A stretch of 64,000 nt of DNA, taken from assembly GCF_035084215.1 (NCBI RefSeq), contig NC_090334.1, positions 41,354,001 to 41,418,000 of the forward strand, in the 5' to 3' direction. The position numbers were made by a program, and so were the translations under genes. The notes beneath the pieces were generated by a model. That model saw only the letters and a list, made by a program, of their open reading frames with translations, was not told where the DNA came from and searched no databases. This stretch comes from Heptranchias perlo. Lineage: Eukaryota. This document shows, in pieces, positions 24,506 to 37,152 of the stretch (within the stretch, counting starts at the first letter, position 1; every line of letters starts with the position of its first letter).

Positions 24506-25959
24506 AATATATAAAACCAGTGCAAACAAACAGAAGGAAATTGCATTATTTCAGACAATACAGCTAATGTAAGGAGGCCACTAGATATGTTTAGACATTT
24601 GTAAAGCTGTAATAATGGCTCAAATATATTCTCAAAATCTGAGAACTCACAATTGAAAGGGGAGGGGGTAATACTGCAGCACTATTCTAATTCCAAATAT
24701 TTTTTGATAGGCTGAATAGGCGCAGACTATTTCTTCTGATTGGAGAATCAGTGATGAGAGGCGGAACTTTCACCTTCGGGGGAGATGTAAAACTAGTGCC
24801 ATTGCATAGGCCGTCAGTTATACAGCCCGCCCGGCTTTTCTTCCCATTGATTTGAATTGGGCACATAAGTTTCTTGTGTAAGATACTTGGGTAAGATAAG
24901 TTTCTGATCCATAAAAATATATCTACATAATTTATTGTGACTGTCGTAAAAGTTACATAGAATTACATTGAATTTACAGGACCAAACAGGACGTGCCGAT
25001 GTTTATGCTCCACACGAGCCTCCTCCCACTCTATTTACTTCATCTCACCCTATCGACATATCCTCTATTCCTTTTTCCCTTGTGTGCTTATCTAGCTTCC
25101 CCTTAAATATATCTATATTATTTGCCTCAACTACTCCACGTGGTGGCGAGTTCCACATTCTCACCACTCTCTGATTTGCGAATAAGTTGAATATCGAGGT
25201 GAAGTGTATAGAGGAAAATTGATTAGGGAGGGATGTCACCCTGTTATAAAACTTGCCTGATTTAAATGGAAGAAAAATCAGGAGTATTCTATTAGGGTCG
25301 TACAATCATCGCTGCTGGATTTTGCTCTCTTTGCTCCGCCCAAACAATGCTTAACATCCAGACACTGAAGACTTTGGGGGAATTTTAATCCCCCACGACA
25401 GGTGGAACAGTGGCTGCTGGCGGTGGGGGGGGGGGGGCTAAAATTTCACAAATCTGAAACCAAACCCCAACCAGCCTCCAACTTCTGCTTTTAATGGAGG
25501 CGTGTTTGGGTCCGTTCGAGTAGCCCGCTCGAGAGGCAGATCCATCATTACACGTCAATTACAGTCCTTTCATGAGATTTTGGCAGTGATTTGCCCCCAG
25601 CACAGGTTTCCCAGGACTCAGGAATCTCAGCAGTAAAACGGAGGTGAGGTTAAGCGGTACTTCACGGGGATAGTTAAAGGTCAGGTGTCCCAATATGAAT
25701 AAAGGCTCAGTGCTCACAGCTGCTTTCTCAGCTCCCTCTGGTAAATGGTTTGGTGAGCGTTCTTGTTATGACAGAGTTATTGGTAAAGTTTGGAGATGTG
25801 CACGTGGAGAACATCAGGATTGGAGGGGGTGGGGGGCACCGTGGCTGCTTCAGATTGGACTTTGGACGAGGAAGAATCACCATCCATGGCAGCAAGGTCA
25901 TGCCGCAGGTGGACAACAGAGAGGGGAGCAATGGAGAGAGGAGGGGTCGAGGTCACAGG

Positions 25960-26715
25960 AGGCACTACCCACCTAATAGGGTGTACAGACAGCGTATCAG
26001 CTTCCTTGAACCCTCTGAAGGACAGTACTTCAGGAGGCTCAGATTGTCACAACAGGTAGTCACAGACATCTGCAGCCTCCTAGAAGAAGAGCTGCTCCCT
26101 GCTGGCCACACATTACCAGTGTCTGTGGAAGTCACCACTGCCCTCAATTTTTTGCCTGGTGACACATGAATTGTTTGCCAGGGCTGGGGTGTACGTAATC
26201 TTTCCCTGTGATAACAATAGCTAGAATAAGCAAGCACTCTGATTAGGGTCAATGGCTGGCTTCCCACAGGTACAGGGAATTGCACTATTGCACACACATG
26301 GCAATCTGAGCACCAACAGATTAAACAGGAGCATTCATCAACCTCGAGGGATTTCATTCCATCAATGTTCAGCTGGTGTGCAACCACAGGGTTCATGCAG
26401 ATCTATGCCAGATTCCATGGAAGCCACCATGATGCTTTCATCCTGAGTTAGTCCAACGTCCCCCAACCTGTTTGCACACAGAACCACCTTCAAACCTGGC
26501 TGATAACACCTCTGAAGAACCCCACCAATGAACCCCAAGAGCGCTACAATGACAGCCATATGACAACTAGATGTGTCATCGAGAAAACCATTGGCATGCT
26601 CAAGATGCGCTTCAGATGCCTGGACATGTCTGGAGGTGTCCTTCAGTACTCACCAGTGAGGGTCTCTAGGATGATTGCGGTGAGCTGCGTTCTGCACAAA
26701 ATAGCGCAGCAGTGA
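25960..26715 (+). pseudogene. Harbinger (HARBI1-like DDE) transposase pseudogene
   Basis: RVYRQRISFL..RRLRLSQQVVTDICSLL..PVSVEVTTALNF, AGFPQVQG, GFHSINVQLVC, HDAFIL, RCVIEKTIGMLKMRFRCLD..CVLH. Frameshifts and stops present. Confidence 0.85.
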
Positions 26716-27199
26716 GGACTAGAGGTGGAGGAGGAACAAGACGCTCATCATTCATCATCTGATGAGGATTCCGATGAAGGAGGAGGAGGAGGAGGATGAA
26801 AATGGGGCACCCAACACCAGACCATCTGCTCAGGATGTCCACATATCTTGAAAGTTCAGTTAGTCACTCATACTGGACAAAAGTAACCATCACATCCACC
26901 ACCCCATCACCACCCCCCCCCCACCCCCACTGACGGAAAGTAACCAAACATCCACCCATTGCACACACACCAATAGGTCCTGACAATTCATTCATCACCA
27001 AGCAACTGAAAACCCGAGTTGACACTCGGCACTCAAGAATGGGTAACACGGGAAGTGATGCAAATGAATGAGGTCATTAAAAAAAGGAAACATAACATTT
27101 TTACAAACACTCCCACATGCATATCTTTGATGAACTACAATGTATTTCTTTTCCTTTGTCTACCGCTCATAGGTGGTACACCACCTGCGGCTTCAGCAG

Positions 27200-28920
27200 G
27201 AGTAGAGGCAAGCTGCTCTGAATGCTAAGATGCTCTTGGCTGACGACCTTTGGGTTTTGGAGTCCTTGGGCCCCTCCAAAGACTGCTCCAGCTGCACCTG
27301 CGCAGGGGCAGACTCGGCCATTGGGAGAGGAGGCAGCATGTTGGGTACTGGTTGAGGGGTGGGGCGATGGGTGAGGCATGGGAGCACTTTGAGTGGAGTC
27401 CCCACTTCCATGTCCCCTTTCGCCATCATCCCTCTCCTGGGCCAGCGCCACATCACTCCTTCTTCTCTGAGGGGGAGCAGCTTGGTGCAGATTAGTGACC
27501 CCTTGTAAGGCCACGGATAATGTATCTGTTTAAGGCGGCAGAAATGTTAGCATCCAAAGTCTACATGGCCATGGTCATGGGCCTGCATGGACTGGTTTGA
27601 TTACTGCGATTGAAGTTCCACGGAAGAGGCACTTTATCCATGGAAGACATTCTCGCAATGGCCTGTAGCATCAATCCACAAATGTTCGAGCTGGACTCCT
27701 CCATCCTCTCTGCTATTGTGGAGAGTGTGCATGGCACTTTTTCCATTACCTCGCAAATTTGCTGCTGTCCCTCACTAATTCTCCTTTTCACTGATAGCCC
27801 CCGTGGTTCAGCATCTTTGAGCAGAGGATGGAGAGGAGTGCGCCCTGCGACGGGGACTCTCCACAGCTGTCCCTGCCACCACTCTCTGCTCGTGTTCACT
27901 TGTGAACTGTAACTCACGAGGTGAAAACCCAACTAACTGTCCAACAGAACTCACCAAAGTGCGTGTATCCGTGCTGGTGCCTGGTAAGCACGTGTCCTGT
28001 GATGGTGCACCCTCAGCAAGAATCAGGTCCTCTGAGGAATCGTCATCGGGAAAGTCCACAAACTGCTGCTCTACAAGTGAAGGCCCTGGAGAAGAGGGGT
28101 GACGGATATGAATTGGTACTGGCAATGTAAAATTGTTGCTTCTTAGCATAATTAAGATGATATTTCACTCGTTGCTGAAATCAAGTCAACATGACTTGCT
28201 CTTGTAAGAGATGTGGGTCGGAGATATTTATTTCTATCACCAGGCAGCTGCAAAGTTCCAATCTCTCCATCTCTGATGGTCAAGGATGCAGAGATACCAC
28301 TGATCTCCATGGCCTCTTCTTTTGATGATGTCAGCTGCACTATCTGTGGTGGGTGGCCTCTGTTCCTCTCCCTTGTATTTTGTGCTCGCTTCTCCTGCAA
28401 CGGAGTAACAGCAGACCTACAAGTGACTGTAAGGCATGTGTTCACCCGATGGATGCAGTGCATTCGGTGAGAGTGACTATCAGGCAGATGCATAACATTG
28501 AAAAAAGATTGGGGTGATTGGCAGTGGTGGGCGGATAAATGGGGAGGTGAGGAAGTGCATAGAAAGTGAAATGATGGGTGCTCTTCAAACTTAAGTGGCT
28601 GTGAGGAGTAATGTGATGGAGTATGCTTGACGAGACACAGTGGGGGGGGGGGGGGGGGGGAGGCGTGTGCACAAGAGGATTTAGGTGAATCTGCAACTAT
28701 ACCCACCTTTTCTGACCTGGTTAGGTCATTAAACCGCTTCCTGCACTGGTTCCAAGTATGGGGCACATTGCTACACTGCTGACCTCCTTGGTGACACAGC
28801 AGGAGGTTTCTTCTTCCCATTGCTGGGGAAGATTACCTCCTTCCTGCTCCGTGCTGCACCCAGTACATCAAGTCAGGAGTCACTAAAACAGGGCGCAGCC
28901 TTTGAATGTCCTGAGTCCAT
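27200..28920 (-). pseudogene. Harbinger Myb/SANT-like DNA-binding accessory gene, decayed and spliced
   Basis: ATG at 28920 (MDSGHSKAAPCFSD), trihelix motif TWNQCRKRFNDLTR and next exon EKRAQNTRERNR. The 3' bound is approximate. Confidence 0.7.
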
Positions 28921-29614
28921 GTTGTAAGTTTGCCCTCTCTTTCCAAAAGCTCCCAACTCGTCCAAATTCCATCTCTGAATTGGCCTTTTAAATAGTCGAG
29001 CTGAGATTGCATCACACGGGTGAGCATCACGCCCACTGACGTGCACTGGAGACGCAAAACCTGAAAGTAAAATGATAATTGGGTATCCATGTTGAAATCG
29101 AAGATTCCGACACGCCAAAACTTCTGGCGTGTCGGAATCTTCCCCCCCTCCCCGCCCTGCCCCCACTCACAACCCGCCTCTGCATTATTATCGAGCCCTT
29201 AGTGTCTGTTGTGAACATGCATCAGTTTTCTTCCCCATAGGGTAAGTGCATGTTCTGTTTTTTTCTGCTTTCCTGTTGGTTATTTTATACTTTCATTATC
29301 TCACTAATCATATTGTACAAAGCTTTTCTCCACAATCAAAAACAAGTTTTCTCTGATATACAGCTGAAATGAAAGCAGCTCTCCACCCTATGTACCCTTA
29401 GAAATAAAATATCTAACGTAATAAACGTGTACAAAATTCAACAAATCAGAAGATAAAAATCACAAACTTATCCATCCATTTTCCAATTGTTCCAACAACT
29501 TCTGGTCAGCCAGACCTTGTAACATGTACAGAATCTCCTGATAATTCATAACCAACCTACCCAGTTGAACCCTAATGTTCTGAGCTGAATAACTGAACAA
29601 CAGAAATCAATGAT

Positions 29615-30095
29615 TGAAAAGATTTACTAGGATGCTACCGGGACTTGATGGTTTGACTTATAGAGAGAGGTTGGATAGGCTGAGACTTTTTTCCCTGGAG
29701 AGTAGGAGGTTTCGGGGTGATCTTATAGAAGTCTATAAAATAATGAGGGGCATAGATAAGGTAGATAGTCAAAATCTTTTCCCAAAGGTAGGGGAGTCTA
29801 TAACGAGGGGGCATAGATTTAAGGTGAGAGGGGAGAGATACAAAAGGGTCCAGAGGGGCAATTTTTTCACTCGAAGGGTGGTGAGTGTCTGGAACGATCT
29901 GCCAGAGGCAGTAGTAGAGGCAGGTACAATTTTGTCTTTTAAAAAGCATTTGGACAGTTACATGGGTAAGATGGGTATAGAGGGATATGGGCCAAGTGCA
30001 GGCAATTGGGACTAACTTAGTGGCATAAACTGGGCGACATGGACATGTTGGGCCGAAGGGCCTGTTTCCATGTTGTAAACTTCTATGATTCTATA
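29615..30095 (+). mobile_element. CR1 (HER1-like) LINE 3' fragment, ORF2 end intact
   Basis: RFTRMLPGL..LFSLESRRFRGDLIEVYKIM..WNDLPEAVVEA. 3' end TTGGGCCGAAGGGCCTGTTTCC plus TTCTATGATTCTAT tail. Confidence 0.88.
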
Positions 30096-32109
30096 ATGCA
30101 TGGCCTGGTCTCTAACTCAAATGCACAAATTCTAGAGCCCAATTCTACAAAGAGTGTGATGTGACATGACCAAGCAATCGGATCACAACTTCCAGAAGCC
30201 AGAGCGTTACCCCAAGCCTCCCCACTCCCTCCTGGCTTCGAGCTAACCTGACGGCATCCGCTTTCAAGTCCACTGTCTCGATTTACGAACACCAATTAAT
30301 CAGCTCCTAAGCAAATCCTGCTTATGCTACTTTCCCTCCTAATATGAGCTTACCTCAAAGCACTCTCCCCTCCAGCAATCCCTGCCTCAGCACTAATCTC
30401 TGCTCCAGCCCCAGGTTCAGATATTCCCTTCCCTCCCGTTTTTGAAAAAAAAAGTTGGCATTTTACTTGCTTTTAATTTTTATAAACAGTCAAGATTTAT
30501 GCACAATTAACAGTGAGATACATCATTTAAAAATGTATACACAGGTTCTCAGACAAAAATAAATTAAATTTTGCAATAGAGGGAACCACAAAAGGGGAAT
30601 AATCTCATTTGAATCGAAAAGCAAGGGGAGGATTGGAAGAGAATTATTAAAGAAAGAAAAAAAATTAAAAGTAAATGGAAATGGTGAATAAAATACAAAC
30701 AATTGAGGTAACATAGCAGATTACTACAAATATCCTGGTTAATATTTTGAAATGTTTATTTGACAATTCCCTGGAGATTAATTATCTATATCAAACAGTT
30801 TTTGCATTAGGGTTAGGGGCAGGGGAAATTATCCAACAGGTCGAAGAGCACAAATCATGCTGATTGGTTGTTAGTGACTGGGACATTTAGCCACTCAAAA
30901 ACCAGTATAGCATTAAAAAAAAACATAATTTTCACTTTTTCTAAGAAGTATTCTTATAAAATGTTGCCAATAAGAATTAACTAATGGAATCCATCAAAAC
31001 ACTTTTTCAATATCCTTTGGCCATTTTGATTCCATATCCATTGAACTATGAACTCAAATATGAAACACAAGATAATTAACACAAAAACTTGAACAGCTCG
31101 TCCATTTCAATTGCTACTTCTCATGAATGACCAAGCACATAGCACTGCACATTATAAACATCCCCGACTTCAGATCTATCATTGCGATGATCTGCCTCAA
31201 GTACACATTTTTTTTATATAAAGAGCCCCTTCCAAGCCTACGCACTAAGCCAATAATTGGACTACAATTCCCAAAACAAACTGGCAGGAAGTGATTAGAA
31301 GATAGAAATGCTTTCTGCTACAGGGTTTTGACCAATCAGCGATGTAGAAAATTTGATTGGCATATGGTAGAACAAACAGGCTGGTTTGGGCATCTTCAGG
31401 GTACTTTTTAAACTTATCTTTTATTGGGAAGCTTTTCCATCAAAGATCCCTCTGCAAACATGAAAGGAGCCACCTCCAAGGCTCCATCAGAAAAATCCTG
31501 TGGCATTGCTTATGTTTAGCCATCTCTAGTTGTTTAGGCTACTGAGTCTGGGATTTTCCCAAATACCCTGTATTCCCCCACCGAGCCCCATCCTTGCCCT
31601 GAGACCCAATGTTTATTGAGGTCACAATTTGTACTTCTTTCTCCTGCCCCTTATAACCTACTCTCAATGGCCTGGCTCAATTATCAGAGTCCTAGGGATC
31701 GTTTTGTCTGTGGTGACTATAATATGCAACGTGTTGCGAGACCTTCTCCCCCTAAGTGCTGCCATGATCCAGTTTTCAAGGACTACCAGGCTCCAGATTG
31801 CTTGCGCCGCTCCTAAGCTCCAGCTCAAACCTCGGACTGCCCACTCCCGTCCTGGCCCTGCTGCTTCTATCCACTCAATTCTCTGCACTAGCACTGTAAG
31901 ATTACTTTTCTCTCATTCAGAATACAAAAGGCTAAGAAAAAAGCGAGATACTTTAGTTATTTTCTAACTTTAAAGAATTTAATATATGACATACAAGCAA
32001 GACAGGATTTTACTAGAAAGAAAGCTCGTCATACCACCTTTTTTCTAGTAAATACAACCCAAGACCCAATTGATCAGATTCTGTGTCTTGGGGAGAAATT
32101 AAGGCTCCT

Positions 32110-32485
32110 TTCTTTCTTATTTATTTCAAAATATACTTTATTTCATAACATTTAAGAATACACACAGTTCAATGTAAATATCACAATTACAATTTCAAAA
32201 CAGTACAATACAGATCATACACACTATGATCCCATTGTTACAACTCAAAACACAGTACATGTATTCTACAGCATGTATTAGAAGATAAGGTGGGATGGCC
32301 TTACACGGTGGCCTTTCCCCATAGAGCCTTTGCGTGGGCCGCACCTCAATTCAGTGCATTCCATAGCACGTACTCCTGGACCTTGGAGTGTGCCAGTCGG
32401 CAATACTTGGTCATGAACAGCTCCTTCAGCTGGAAGACCAGCAGGTTTCGGGTGGACCAAAGGGCCTCCTTCACCGAGTTGATCA
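32110..32485 (-). mobile_element. Tx1/L1-clade LINE 3' end fragment
   Basis: Minus-strand translation INSVKEALWSTRNLLVF..CRLAHSKVQEYVL..AKALWGKATV* carries the W..RN motif of Tx1/L1 ORF2 C-termini, followed by an A-rich tail. Confidence 0.65.
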
Positions 32486-35400
32486 TAGGAAAGGAACCTT
32501 AGTTTGAGTCTTGTTCTGATATCATCAATGGTTCTCCTCAAAACCCTTGTGGAATGAGCTGTTTTATATAGTTTCCTTTCCAAAATTTAATTCCCAAACA
32601 TCAAAGAACCCCTTATCAGTTTGCAGGCTTTGCTTCCTTATCTCCAACTGTCTGCATTGCTTCTCATCAGTTACTTCAGGTATAATCTTATGAAGGCTCC
32701 ATTTCATCTGGCTAACACATATGTTTCTCTCTCTCAGCATCCTGAACAATATGCATCCTGATTTTGGTCAAACTAACAGCTGTGTTCTTTACAAAGAAAG
32801 CAAGGGTTTTATTCAAGTCCATTACTTTAGTCTTCTTTAAAAGAAGCATCAAAAGTCCAAAATCCTACAGCACCAACCCCAAACTCCCACTTCCTTTCAT
32901 CTCAGACCCCAGCCCCAATTTCTCTCTTACCTGCACATGTTTCAGCAACTCCTGGGTAATCCTGTCCTCACCTCTGGCTGGTAGACATTGGATTCCTCCT
33001 CGGTATGTACTAGGCTTTAAAAAAGGTAACACATAAAAAGTGAGAACATTAGTGCAAAAGCTACAGAGACATTGGGAGATGTACAGAAGAGAGGAGAAAA
33101 AGGGAAGGAGAGACTACAGAAAGATTGATAAAGAGTGAGAAAGATTTGGACACTAGAGATAGACACCACTGAGAAAAGTGTGCGAGAGTCAAAGAAGGAG
33201 AGAAAATTGAATTAGAAAATGATAAGTGAATTTAGAAAGAGGTATACACACAATTTTTTGTCCTTATGCACTGCTGAGGTGATCAACTTGTATGAACTAA
33301 ATACAGTGGAGGCAGTTAAAGCCTGTAAAACAATCTTGGAATTCACTTCAGCTTTGTTTACATGGTTTACGATATTGTCTGCATCAAATATCCTATATCT
33401 AAAACCATCTTTGGTCATATATAAAGTTGAGAAACTTGGTGAAACTATGGGGTGACATGGTTGAGCAGTGCATTGTTGCTTTAGTGGTACATTATAGTAG
33501 AGTATGACTTCGAATCCATAGATGAGCTCCTGATTGAGGTTGTGTCAATTGGGTGGAAGTCAGGTGTCTTCCAAGAGGAGGGAAGGTAAATTGCATTCCC
33601 CGTGCCTGTTCGTTCCTGCAGACACAAGAACCATATCTACAGAATCCGGTCTCAAAGTTCAACTAAAAAATAGCATATCAGGCCCAAAATAAATATTGGG
33701 GGAGAAGTTTATACATAGGTTGTCACAGTTTGTAATACAGACAATACAAAGCTATCATTTAAATAAAATTTCACTGTTCAGTCTTTCTCAATGCAGTATA
33801 TTTTAAGATCTTCCTAGAGTGAAAAACTCTGCATTCGCTGTGATAAAGGACAGGATAATTGTTTTCTACAGTCATCTGTGAGCCATCTTAGAATACAGGA
33901 TTTCTGTAACTACCTTAGTAATAAAATGAAATTTTAAAAGTTTGTGCAAGTTTACAGAAGTACTTGCACTGCATTTTGCAACATTCTGTGAACACAACTA
34001 TAAAAGCTGTGACGAAACACCCCTACACAAGTCAGTGGCTAACACAACAGGCTATTTGGGATAAGCTCCAGTCAGTTTACAGCATGATACCAGGCAGAGC
34101 TTCCCCCTCAGATTGGGAGAAACACTCTGTCCACCCAACCCTAATAAGATCAAGTTTTGAACTGACATTGAAAGGCCAACCTTGCCCAGAAATTGAGAAA
34201 CTAAGGTGAAAGGCAAGGCCCATAGTGCAGGACACCACAAAGATTAAAAAGAGCAAAACATGATCAGGTAGATCAGAAGGTAGTAATTATTGGAGGACGT
34301 CAAGCTTGGCTTTTAAAAACCTGAAGATTGTAGGAGGAAGGAAAGACTGAGCGAGGGAAAGAGTTCCAGAATTTTGATGTTTTGGAGAAAGAACGACAGT
34401 GCAATAAGATTTGATTTCAATGCAGCGAAGATTCAGGAAGGAGGTGTGATGTATTTGGAGCTTAGAAAGAAAAACAGAGGAAAGTTCAGAGCAGCAATGA
34501 TCAAAGCAGTACCAATAAAATAAAGGCACAAAAACATATGATGGAAAGAGTTAAGAGAATGATCACCTATCAGGTAAGCTTTTTATTATATTGTGTCCAG
34601 GAGTGTGAAAGAAATACCAAAGCTTCCCCAGTTAAAGGAGCAGCATTCAAGTCTTCAATCAACTTTTTCGGGTTAACAAGAAAGGTTGTGATGGAGAGGG
34701 AGAGAGTATTGCCTAACAGACAATAAACTTTTCTCATACCACATCCCAGCGTGAGAGTCAGTGTGAGTAGTTGAAATTACAAAAGGGATCCATTTTTTCT
34801 ACACTCTGGCTACTTGCACAGTACATGGTTGTGAAACAAAAAAAAGATTATGGACAAAATGTAATTTAATTTCAAATATAGACATGTAGATATGAAAAGG
34901 AGAATATTACACAACTTTAAAAATTGGAGCAAGAAGTATGATAGCTCTGCCATTGTCATTTCTTACCTAACAAAATGGGCTCCACTATTCTAAACTGATG
35001 CAATTTTTTGCAACTATTGATGCAAAAATAGTAAGATTGTTGATTCATTAACAAAAAAGGACATCCTATTTCTGAATATTCATTTTGCATGAACAGAATT
35101 ATGTACTGAAATGCATTTTCTCTTCAAAAAAGGCTTCTTCTATTTAACCACTGCAACTTCTTCCTGCATTTCTTAGCCAGGCCACATGATGGCGTCATTA
35201 TACCATAATTCTGTAAATCAACTTACACAGTATTGCTGCATCCCTACAGTAAAAGTTTTTAAAGATTCTGGTACTTTGGTACAAGGCACACAATAGTTAA
35301 TAGATTTTTTTTTTAAATGCCTGAAATTCAGATTTCCAGCATCAGCAGTATTTTGCTTTTTATTTAGTGATTTTTTTTGTCCTGTTTTTCGAAACCTTGA

Positions 35401-35915
35401 ACTAAATGTCTCCTTCTGCAGCTCTGCACTTACTGGCAGATCCAGAACTAAAACAAAGGGCCAACATGCTTCCCGCTTCCCAGAGAAAAATTCTGAGATG
35501 AATTTTAAAAGTTTTTTTTAAATCTGCAACTGTAAGCACTTTACCCTTGCTTGGTGGGATGAGTGAAAACACTCATCTGATCAAGATGAAAGGTGCCCGA
35601 AACACATGTTTGCCTGCCTACAGTCCCAGAAGACACATTGAGAGCAGCTGGTGTGTGTGGTAGAAAAAAAAAATCAGGAATCGTTTCCTGTAGATGAGGA
35701 TACGCAGCGGAGGTGGAGTCTGCTGGGACAATGGGATTGTGCTGAGCTGAGGGAAGGAAGCAGTTGTGTCATTCTGGAAATGGGAAAAAAAAAACAAGAA
35801 ATCCATCACCAATTATTTTATTTAAAGGCTCAGACTAGGGTGTTCCTAATAGTAGCTGCATACATCCTAAGAGGTTACAATGAGCATTTAGAGCTGTTAC
35901 TTAAAGTGCACAGGT

Positions 35916-37152
35916 AGAATCATAGAATCTTATAGCACAGAAGGAAGCCATTTGGCCCATCGTGCCTGTGCCGACTCGTTGAAAGAGGTTATCCAATTAG
36001 TCCCACTCCTCTAGCTCTTTGCCCACAGTCCTGCAAATTTCTCCTTCTCAAGTATTTATCCAATTCACTTTTGAAAGTTACTGTTGAATCTGCTTCCTCC
36101 AACCCTTTCAGGCAGTGCATTCCAGATCATAACTCATTGAGTAAAAAAATGTCTCCTCATCTCCCCTCTGGTGCTTTTGCCAGTTATGTGTCCTTTGGTT
36201 ACCAACCCACCCTCCAGTGGAAACAGTTTCTCCTTATTTACTTTATAAATACCCTTCATAATTTTGAACATCGCTATTAAATCTCTCCTTAACCTTCTCT
36301 ACTCTGTTCTAAGGAGAACAATCCCAGCTTCTCTAATTTCTCTACATAACTGAAGTCCCTCATCCCTGGTATCATTCTGGTAAATCTCCTCTGCACCCTC
36401 TCCAAGGCCTGGACATCCTTCATAAAGTGTGGTGTCCAGAATTGGACACAATACTCTAGCTGAGGCCTAACCAGCGATTTATAAAGGTTTAGCATAACTT
36501 ACTTGCTTTTTAACTCTATGCCCCTATTTATAAAGCCGAGGATCCCATATGCTTTTTTCGCAGCTGTATCAACTTGTCCTGCCACCTTCAAAAGATTTGT
36601 ATGTGAGAAACCCAGGTCTCTATGCTCCTACACCCCCTTTAAAATTCTACCAATTAGTTTATATTGCCTCTTCATTCTTCCTCCCAAATTGCATAATTTC
36701 ACACTTCTCTGCATTAAATTTCATCTGCCATGTATCTGCCCATTTCACCAGTCTGTCTAAGTCCTCCTGAAGTCTGCTACTGTCCTCCTCACTGTTTACT
36801 ACATTTCCAAGTTTTGTATCATCTGCAAACTTTTAAATTGTGTCCCTTTTATCCAATTCCAGGTCATTAATATATACCAAAAAGAGCAGTGGTCCTAATT
36901 CTGACCCCTGGGGAGTACCACTGTATACTTCCCTCCAATCTGAAAAACAACTGTTCACCACTACTCTCTGCTTTCTGTCTCAGCCAATTTTGTATCCATG
37001 CTGCTACTGACCCTTTAATCCCATGGGCTTCAATTTTGCTAACAAGTCTATTACGTGGCATTTTATCAAATGTCTTTTGAAAGTCCACATCCGCATCAAC
37101 TGCACTACCCTTATCAACCCTCTCCATTATTTCTTCGAAGAACTCAATCAAG
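35916..37152 (-). mobile_element. CR1 LINE, RT to 3' end
   Basis: IEFFEEI..DFQKTFDKMP, FADDTK, LVRPQLEYCVQFW. (TTCTATGA) tail at 35916-35935. Confidence 0.88.

Larger units (their letters stand above)
25376..29236. mobile_element. Decayed, formerly autonomous PIF/Harbinger DNA transposon (transposase plus convergent Myb/SANT gene)
   Basis: Two-gene Harbinger layout. The left end GGGGGAATTTTAA is shared with the element at 59039. Termini are approximate and TIR match is poor. Confidence 0.8.

Noticed and set aside
33212-33455. Overlapping short ORFs on both strands
   Set aside because: No recognisable homology and no convincing splice sites.
35575-35610. Hammerhead-ribozyme-like GATGAAAGGTGCCCGAAAC
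   Set aside because: CTGATGA core is broken and no convincing stems I/III are present. At most a Penelope-type relic.
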